This document shows, piece by piece, positions 26,899-33,056 of a stretch of 33,056 bases of DNA. The DNA is from an uncultured bacterium. GTDB taxonomy: Bacteria > Verrucomicrobiota > Kiritimatiellia > RFP12 > UBA1067. The position numbers and the translations under genes were made by a program. Under the pieces are notes generated by a model. The model made no database searches. It saw only the letters and a program-made list of their open reading frames with translations, and was not told the DNA's origin. How positions within the stretch are numbered: position 1 is the stretch's first letter; every line of letters starts with the position of its first letter. Location of the stretch: NCBI GenBank assembly GCA_902773015.1, contig CACYCW010000190.1, forward strand, positions 1 through 33,056, written 5' to 3'.

Positions 26899-28188
26899 AT
26901 GAAACTGAATAAGATGACAATCCTGTCGGCGCTCGTGTGCAGCGCATCAATGGCCATGTCAGGGGCGTCTTGCGCAGTCCCGGGGGGAGAGGTCTCTGAC
27001 GCCGAGAAGGCGTCCGTCAGGCCGTGGATGCTCTGGCCGCGTCCCGAGCCTATCAACCTGCCGCCGCTCTTCACGGAGGCGTCTGGCGGGGCGACCGTCG
27101 AGGCGTGGGAGAAGACGCGACGTCCCGAAATCATGCGCATCTTCGAGTCGTCCATGTATGGTGAGCGCCCCGTCGGACGTCCCGACGGCCTCACATTCAC
27201 GCCCCTCGCGGAGGACAAGGTGATGATGGACGGTCAGGCCATCCGCAAGCAGGTGCGGATCGGCTACACGGGGCCGCTCGGCACGGGTGGGTTTAACGTG
27301 CTCGCCTACATCCCCGTCTCGGCCCGGACGAATCCGGCACCGGCGTTTGTGCTCATCTGCAACCGGGTGCTTGACGAGAACGCCGATCCCGACAGGAAGG
27401 TCCGTACGGGCTTCTTCCCCGCGGAGGAGATCGTCGCGCGCGGCTACGCGGCGATCATCTTCAAGAACACGGAGCTTGCGCATGACGAGAAGATCCACTC
27501 CCTCACGGGAGGGGTCTTCGCTGTGTTCGGCCCGAAGGAGCGCACATTCCGCAGCTGGGGCGCGATCAGCGCCTGGGCGTGGGGCGCGAGCCGCGTGATG
27601 GACTGGATCGAGACGGAGCGCCTTTTCGACGCGCGGCATGTCGGCGTGGTGGGGCACTCGCGTGGCGGAAAGACATCGCTCTGGGCGGCCGCGACGGACA
27701 GCCGCTTCGCGATGGCGTGCGTCAACGACTCGGGCTGCTGCGGCGCGAAGCTGAACCATGCGTCGATTCCGATGTCGGAGAACATCGAGCTCGACAACGT
27801 GGTCAATCCGCACTGGTTCTGCTCGGCCTTTCGCCTTTGTGATGGTCGCGACGCCTTCCTGCCGTTTGACATGCACCAGGTCGCGGCGTGTATCGCACCG
27901 CGGCTTCTTGCCATCGGCTCGGCGAGCCGAGACACGCCGGCCGGTCCTTACGGCGAATTCCTCACCGCGAAACTCGCCTCTCCCGCCTGGGAACTCTATG
28001 GGCTGAAGGGATTGGAACCAGATCCCGACATGAAAGACAAACTGGGCCACAAAGGCTTTCCGCCATGTGGTGTCGCCATTGATGCGGGCCGTGTCTCCTA
28101 TCACCTTCGGGAAGGGGGGCACGGCCTGACGCTCGAGGACTGGAACATCTACATGGATTTCGCCGACCGTCATGGTTGGCGTGATTGA
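26899..28188 (+). CDS. CE15-like (glucuronoyl/acetyl xylan) esterase, alpha/beta hydrolase
   Basis: Signal peptide; GAISAWAWGASRVMD, nucleophile elbow GHSRGGK, SGCCGA, LPFDMHQ..A.IAPR, YHLREGGH. TTG 26890 is an alternative start. Confidence 0.85.
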   Translation: MKLNKMTILSALVCSASMAMSGASCAVPGGEVSDAEKASVRPWMLWPRPEPINLPPLFTEASGGATVEAWEKTRRPEIMRIFESSMYGERPVGRPDGLTFTPLAEDKVMMDGQAIRKQVRIGYTGPLGTGGFNVLAYIPVSARTNPAPAFVLICNRVLDENADPDRKVRTGFFPAEEIVARGYAAIIFKNTELAHDEKIHSLTGGVFAVFGPKERTFRSWGAISAWAWGASRVMDWIETERLFDARHVGVVGHSRGGKTSLWAAATDSRFAMACVNDSGCCGAKLNHASIPMSENIELDNVVNPHWFCSAFRLCDGRDAFLPFDMHQVAACIAPRLLAIGSASRDTPAGPYGEFLTAKLASPAWELYGLKGLEPDPDMKDKLGHKGFPPCGVAIDAGRVSYHLREGGHGLTLEDWNIYMDFADRHGWRD

Positions 28189-28204
28189 ATGGTTATGGTA
28201 TAAT
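28176..28204 (+). promoter_or_regulatory. Promoter of the rnhC-exbBD-tonB operon
   Basis: TTGGCG 28176-28181, 17-bp spacer, TGgTATAAT (-10 at 28199-28204), 11 nt before ATG 28216; no SD. Confidence 0.7.
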
Positions 28205-28215
28205 ATACATTCAAG

Positions 28216-29316
28216 ATGGAAGGGGAGACGCCCAGGAAGACCAGCTTCACGTACGAGCTGACGAACGACCAGCAGGAGATCCTGCTCGGCCTGATGATGA
28301 CCGGCAACTTTCGCCGGCGCGAGGTTCCCTATGCGCTATGCTCCATCGAGGGCGACCATTTCAATGCGACGCTCTACGAGAAGGAGCGCCACGGCCGGCG
28401 CAAGCTCTGCGTGCAGGGCTCCAAGGCAGAAGACTTCGTGCTCTTCCAGCTCGAGCCATGCGTTCTCGGCGGCGCGTCGCTCGGCTACGAGCGCGAGCTG
28501 AGTCCAGAGCTCTTCTCCGCGCACGCAGGCAGCGACGAGTCCGGCAAGGGCGACTACTTCGGCCCGCTCGTCGTCTGCTGCGCCTACACCGACGAGCGCC
28601 TCTCCGAGGAGATGGTGAAGCTCGGCGTGAAGGACTGCAAGCAGATGACGGATGCCGCGGTGCTCACGGCCGGCGCTGCGCTGCGCCACCTGCTGGGGCC
28701 GACCGGCCATGCCGTCGTGAAGCTCGGCCCCGCCGCCTACAACCGCCTCTACGCGAAGATGCGCAACATCAACCGCATACTCGCCTGGGCGCACGGCACG
28801 GCGATCGAGGAGCTCCTGGAGCGGCGCCCCGACTGTTCGCGCGTGGTGGTGGACCAGTTCGCGCCCACGGAGACGACGATCCGCCGCGCGCTGAAGACGC
28901 GCGGGCGCGCCGCCACGGTCGAGCAGCGTCACCGCGCCGAGAGCGACATCGCCGTCGCCGCGGCCTCGGTGATCGCCCGCGAGATATTCATCCGCGACAT
29001 CCGCCGCATGGGCGAGGAGCTCTTCGGCGCGCCGACGGGCGATGCCGAACAGGACGCCGCGCGGCGCGTGCCGATGGGCTCGAGCGACCCGCGCGTCCGC
29101 GCGCTCGCCGAGGAGATGGTCCGGAAGAACGGGCCGACCTGGCTCATGAACCACTGCAAGGCGCATTTCCAGACGACGGACAAGGTGCTCGGCGCGTGCG
29201 GCAGGTCCCGCGCCGACCTGCCGCCCGAAGGGCAGGTCACCTCGGCCGTCGCGAACGGCAGCTTCTCGAAACGCAAGTCAATGACAACCACCAATCAGGA
29301 GACACAGAACCCATGA
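28216..29316 (+). CDS. rnhC: Ribonuclease HIII
   Basis: N-terminal TBP-like extension (ATLY...KLCVQG), AGSDESGKGDYFGPLV, GVKDCK, VVDQF, AESDIAVAAASVIAR, KAHFQT. Confidence 0.93.
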   Translation: MEGETPRKTSFTYELTNDQQEILLGLMMTGNFRRREVPYALCSIEGDHFNATLYEKERHGRRKLCVQGSKAEDFVLFQLEPCVLGGASLGYERELSPELFSAHAGSDESGKGDYFGPLVVCCAYTDERLSEEMVKLGVKDCKQMTDAAVLTAGAALRHLLGPTGHAVVKLGPAAYNRLYAKMRNINRILAWAHGTAIEELLERRPDCSRVVVDQFAPTETTIRRALKTRGRAATVEQRHRAESDIAVAAASVIAREIFIRDIRRMGEELFGAPTGDAEQDAARRVPMGSSDPRVRALAEEMVRKNGPTWLMNHCKAHFQTTDKVLGACGRSRADLPPEGQVTSAVANGSFSKRKSMTTTNQETQNP

Positions 29317-30035
29317 TACTGGCGAACTCACTCATAAACGGCTTTCTTGGCTCGAACCTCACCGGCAAGGTCCTCGTCTGCATCCAGCTCGGCGGCTCGG
29401 TGCTGATGGTGATGACTATCCTCGGCAAGTGGAAGGCCCTCGCGTCCGTCTTCTCGAAGACGCGACGTTTCCTCCATGACTTCGCCACGTGCCACGATGT
29501 CCTCGAATACTACGTGCAGCGGCGGCCGAACGCCGTCTACGGGCTCGAGTGGATCTACAAGGAGACGTGCGAACGCCTGCTGAAGATGCTCCGGCCAGAC
29601 GTGCGTTCGCTCCTCGTCGGGAACCAGACGGACGGCAACGGCGCAGCGGCGCTCACGGCGCGCGAAGTCGAGCTCGTGCGGGGCACCTGCGAGCATGCGC
29701 TCGACGAGGAGGAGATCCGCATCGAGCGCGGCATGGCGTTCATCGCCACCATCGTCGCCCTGGAGCCGATGGTCGGCCTGCTCGGCACGGTGTGGGGCGT
29801 CCTCGACGCATTCGCCGAGATGGGCACGGCCGGCAGCGCCAACCTCGCGACGATCGCGCCGTCCATCTCCGCCGCGCTCGTTACGACCGTCGTCGGCCTC
29901 TTGATTGCAATTCCCGGCCTCGTCTGCTTCAACATGATGAACGCCAAGCTCCGCGGCATCACGAGCGACATGGAGGGCTTCTCGGACGAGCTGATGGGGC
30001 GCATCGCGTGCGAGTTCCAGGGAAAGGGCGCCTGA
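29313..30035 (+). CDS. MotA/TolQ/ExbB proton channel family protein
   Basis: ATGA overlap with rnhC, AGGAG upstream; IATIVALEPMVGLLGTVWGV, IAPSISAALVTTVVGLLIAIP. Confidence 0.92.
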   Translation: MILANSLINGFLGSNLTGKVLVCIQLGGSVLMVMTILGKWKALASVFSKTRRFLHDFATCHDVLEYYVQRRPNAVYGLEWIYKETCERLLKMLRPDVRSLLVGNQTDGNGAAALTAREVELVRGTCEHALDEEEIRIERGMAFIATIVALEPMVGLLGTVWGVLDAFAEMGTAGSANLATIAPSISAALVTTVVGLLIAIPGLVCFNMMNAKLRGITSDMEGFSDELMGRIACEFQGKGA

Positions 30036-30036
30036 G

Positions 30037-30456
30037 ATGTCCCTGAGAAACAGGCGCAATCGAAAGCGGCGGGAGATGCCGAAGGCGGGCATCGACATGA
30101 ACTCGCTCATTGACCTCACCTTCCTCCTGCTCGTCGTCTTCATCGTGACCCTCCCGACGCTGGAGCAGTCTATCCACATCATGCTGCCCGTCGGCAAGGT
30201 CAACAAGGCGCAGGACGACAAGAAGAAGGTCTTCTCGATCTCGGTCGACTCCGAGAGCCGCATCTACGTTGGCGAGAAGCCCACCACGATCGACGACCTG
30301 AAGACCGAGCTCGCCGCGCGCGTCGCCGCCGACCCCGACCTCAACGTCCTCGTGCGCGGCGACGTGCGCGTGACCTACGGCGACGTCTACAATGTCGTGA
30401 AGGTCGCCAAGGACTGCAACGTGCGCCACCTCGGCCTCGTGTCGGTGGAGAAGTGA
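30037..30456 (+). CDS. ExbD/TolR biopolymer transport protein
   Basis: IDMNSLIDLTFLLLVVFIV (TM Asp), VLVRGDVRVTYGDV. Confidence 0.92.
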   Translation: MSLRNRRNRKRREMPKAGIDMNSLIDLTFLLLVVFIVTLPTLEQSIHIMLPVGKVNKAQDDKKKVFSISVDSESRIYVGEKPTTIDDLKTELAARVAADPDLNVLVRGDVRVTYGDVYNVVKVAKDCNVRHLGLVSVEK

Positions 30457-31353
30457 ATGCTCTTCGAACGCCCAGATGACAGCCAGCGGATCGTGAGCGG
30501 GCGCAATTTCGCCCTCGCTCTCGTGATTCACTTCGCGCTCTTCGTCGTATTCTGGGTGGTCGCCGTCTGCCAGGGGCTATTCAGCAAGGCCGAGGAGATC
30601 ATCCCGATCGACCTCACCGTCGTCGTCAACGAGAACCTCGAGGGCAAGGAGAATGAACCACCGCCGGTGAAGAATCCCGAGCCGGAGAAGCCAAAGCCCA
30701 AGCCGCCGCCGAAGCCCCAGCCGAAGCCAAAGGAACCCGAGAAGCCCAAGGAGCTCGAGCAGATCGTCACCAACATCGTCGTGAAGGTGGAGAAGAAGAA
30801 GTCGGCGGAGTCGAAGAAGCCAGAGAAGGAGAAGCCGAAGGAGCCCGAGAAGCCGAAGAAGACGAAGGAACAGCTTCGCCAGGAGCGCATCGAGGAGATG
30901 CGCAAGCGCGCGAAGGTCAGCAACAAGCCGGTGAAGATTGAGGTGAAAAGCGCGCGTGAGAGCGGCGACGGACGCACCGAGCGGCAGACGCGCTCGCCCG
31001 CCGAGATCCAGCGTCTCCTCAACCAGGGCTACCGCCCTGGCACGCGCACCCAGCTCGCCTCCAGCGTCGAGCAGCGCTGCATCCTTCTCATCCAGCGGGC
31101 GCTGGACGAGAAGTGGGACAGCCTCCAGCCGAGCGTCGGCGCGGCGGGCACCGTGCTCCTCACCGTGCAGTTCACCTCGGCTGGCGGCCTCACCAACGTG
31201 CGCCTCGAGCGGAGCTGCGGCGACAAGGTCTCCGACGCGGCGGCGCTCTCGGTGGCGCGCAGCGTGAGCTTCATCCAGGGCCTCGACCCGGAATTCACCG
31301 CCAAGTTCCGACGCGAGCCGCTCACGATCCGATACAAGGTGCAGGGCAGATGA
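30457..31353 (+). CDS. TonB/TolA-like energy transducer
   Basis: N-terminal TM with His (ALVIHFALF), Pro/Lys/Glu-rich linker, C-terminal TonB_C/TolA-III-like domain (RSCGDKVSDAAAL). Confidence 0.85.
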   Translation: MLFERPDDSQRIVSGRNFALALVIHFALFVVFWVVAVCQGLFSKAEEIIPIDLTVVVNENLEGKENEPPPVKNPEPEKPKPKPPPKPQPKPKEPEKPKELEQIVTNIVVKVEKKKSAESKKPEKEKPKEPEKPKKTKEQLRQERIEEMRKRAKVSNKPVKIEVKSARESGDGRTERQTRSPAEIQRLLNQGYRPGTRTQLASSVEQRCILLIQRALDEKWDSLQPSVGAAGTVLLTVQFTSAGGLTNVRLERSCGDKVSDAAALSVARSVSFIQGLDPEFTAKFRREPLTIRYKVQGR

Positions 31354-33056
31354 CGGCGACTCTCATTCTCGCGGCGGCGATCCTGCTGCCGGGCGTGCGC
31401 GGCAGCGAGCTCCATGCCCGCGCGTTCTTCGACGCGAACAACGTCAAGGTCGGCGATCCGATGATCCTGACCATCGACTTCATCGGCGAGGCGGACTTCT
31501 CCTCTCTCCATCCCCCCGCGCTCGCCCGCGCCGTCGACCGCCGCGACTGGAAGCTCGACGACGCGAGCGCGAAGACGGATACCTTCCGCGACGCGCGGCG
31601 CCTCACGTATCGCGTGCGCCCGATGCGCGAGGGGGTGCTCTGGTTCCCCTCCCTCACCTTCGAGTTCGAGGGACCAGGCGGTACGCGTCATCGCGTGATC
31701 GCGAACGAGATACCCGTCCATGCCAAGGTCGGCGCCCAGGTCAATGTCGCGGGCATGGACGAGGTCGACACCGGCCTGCCGACGCCGCCCGATCTCGTCA
31801 TCGCCCCCGGCGTGGCGCTATCCGACGACCGGCTCTTCGCCTGGCGCAAGGCCCTCGCCCAGCCGACCGAGGCAGCCTTCGCCGCATTCGACTTCCCCGC
31901 CGCGCGGCTGAACGAGGCGACGTGCGCGCTGCGCGCCGGCAACTGGGCGCGCGCGCTGGATGTCTACCGCTGGCTCGAGTGGCGCATCGGGCAGACACCG
32001 GACATCGAGCGCGGCATCGTCGCCGCGCTGGCGCTGCGCCATGACAACCCGACAGTCGAGCTGCCGATGTGGCGGCAGGTGCTGCGGCCGATCCTGCGTC
32101 ACGCCTGGCTCGGCCGCATCGGCCTCGTCGTCGGCGGGTTCGCCGCGATTGTCCTCATCCTCTGGCTCCTCGGCCGCGGCATCCGCGCGCTCGCCTGCCT
32201 TGCCGTCGCCTTCACGCTAGTCTTCGCCGCGAACGCGCAGGACATTCGGCAGATGATGGAGCAGATGGAGCGCCGGCACCAGCAGATGATGCAGCAGGCA
32301 TTCGGCGGCGGATTCGGCTTCTCGTTCGGATCGGAAGAGGAACGCAAGCCCGTGCGCATCGCCGCGAACGTGATGACGAGCAAGAAGACCCTGCAGGTGG
32401 GCGACCCCTTCGAGTTCATCCTCACGCTTGAGTATCCGAAGTCCGCCTCGGTCGGACAGATCCAGATCGCGCCCTCGTCGAACTTCGGCCTCACCTTCAC
32501 CGGCGCCGCGCAGAATCTCACAGACGGCACCCCGTCCAATCCCTCGAACATCCTGAAGCGTCTTTCCGTTCCGGCCCGCTACGACGTGCCGTATCGCGGA
32601 CGTCTCTCGTTCACGATCGAGGGCATGGTGAGCGAGCGCGGGTCGCGTCGCGGCGGGATGTTCTCGTTCTCGTTCCAGAATTCCTTCAGCAGCAAGACGC
32701 CGCCGATCGACATCGCGGTGCAGCCGCTCCCCTCCGCAGGGCAGCCCGCCGACTTCAGCGGCATCATCTCGGAGGGGTTGCGTGTGCACGAGACGTGCGA
32801 CCTGCTGACGGTCGAGACGAACGACGTCGTCACGATCACATACCGGCTCTTCCCGAAGGGATATGTGCCGGATGGCTACCTGCCGAAGGGCGCGGCGTTC
32901 GAGTGGATGCGTCAGAACGACCGGGAGGGGCGTCCGAAGGAAATCGAGTTCCGCCGCTACTTTGTCGCGGACGGCGCTCCGGCGACACCGCGACTGTCGA
33001 TCTCCTACTATGACCCGCGTACGAAGAGGTATCGCTGCGCGGAGACCGGTGACACC
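31350..33056 (+). CDS. BatD-like multidomain protein, 3'-partial (absent from the ORF track because there is no stop in the window)
   Basis: Manual translation from the ATGA overlap: MTATLILAAAILLPG...VKVGDPMILTIDF...LTYRVRPMREGVLWFPSL, a TPR-like helix pair, two hydrophobic segments, then LQVGDPFEFILTL...VQPLPSAGQPADFSG...SYYDPRTKRY. No stop up to 33056. Confidence 0.75.
   Translation, partial: MTATLILAAAILLPGVRGSELHARAFFDANNVKVGDPMILTIDFIGEADFSSLHPPALARAVDRRDWKLDDASAKTDTFRDARRLTYRVRPMREGVLWFPSLTFEFEGPGGTRHRVIANEIPVHAKVGAQVNVAGMDEVDTGLPTPPDLVIAPGVALSDDRLFAWRKALAQPTEAAFAAFDFPAARLNEATCALRAGNWARALDVYRWLEWRIGQTPDIERGIVAALALRHDNPTVELPMWRQVLRPILRHAWLGRIGLVVGGFAAIVLILWLLGRGIRALACLAVAFTLVFAANAQDIRQMMEQMERRHQQMMQQAFGGGFGFSFGSEEERKPVRIAANVMTSKKTLQVGDPFEFILTLEYPKSASVGQIQIAPSSNFGLTFTGAAQNLTDGTPSNPSNILKRLSVPARYDVPYRGRLSFTIEGMVSERGSRRGGMFSFSFQNSFSSKTPPIDIAVQPLPSAGQPADFSGIISEGLRVHETCDLLTVETNDVVTITYRLFPKGYVPDGYLPKGAAFEWMRQNDREGRPKEIEFRRYFVADGAPATPRLSISYYDPRTKRYRCAETGDT

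Noticed and set aside
28627-28641. RNase HIII inactivated by DSK to DCK change
   Set aside because: The substitution is conservative, and the acidic catalytic residues (DE in SDESGKGD, D in VVDQF) are intact.
28185-29312. 616-aa ExbB with a long N-terminal extension
   Set aside because: The extension is Arg/Ala-rich off-frame translation of rnhC. The real start is ATG 29313, with an RBS and ATGA coupling.
30655-30870. Repetitive CCGAAG/GAGAAG tract as a DNA repeat element or CRISPR
   Set aside because: It encodes the normal Pro/Lys/Glu linker of TonB/TolA; there is no repeat-spacer structure.

Overview
GC-rich bacterial chromosomal window, almost entirely + strand. The protein styles (QRWP-type FGE-domain proteins, RNase HIII, XylR-type regulator, lineage-style C-terminal tails) suggest a PVC-superphylum organism such as Kiritimatiellae/Lentisphaerae; this is inference only. 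Left block: 5'-partial GltS-type Na+/glutamate symporter, a glutamate-racemase remnant, gpmI, a short CapD/PglF-type dehydratase, a TIM-barrel sugar isomerase, a GH13+GH133 glycogen debranching enzyme, and a secreted papain-like multidomain protease. Middle block (about 11.8-28.2 kb): a carbohydrate-utilisation island with no SusC/SusD or ABC transporter. It holds an unclassified GH-like protein and a XylR-type regulator, which faces a secreted G-x-hydrophobic-R-tailed protein, two paralogous non-catalytic FGE/C-type-lectin-fold proteins, a clan GH-A enzyme, two GH2-like enzymes and a CE15-like esterase. Right block: rnhC-exbB/tolQ-exbD/tolR-tonB/tolA, coupled to a 3'-partial BatD-like fusion protein that the ORF track misses. 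No rRNA, tRNA, CRISPR array, transposase, integrase or reverse transcriptase was seen. The best candidate for an undescribed system is the XylR-controlled cassette of tailed protein + tandem FGE-lectins + glycosidases. All family calls come from motif recognition by eye, not database searches.
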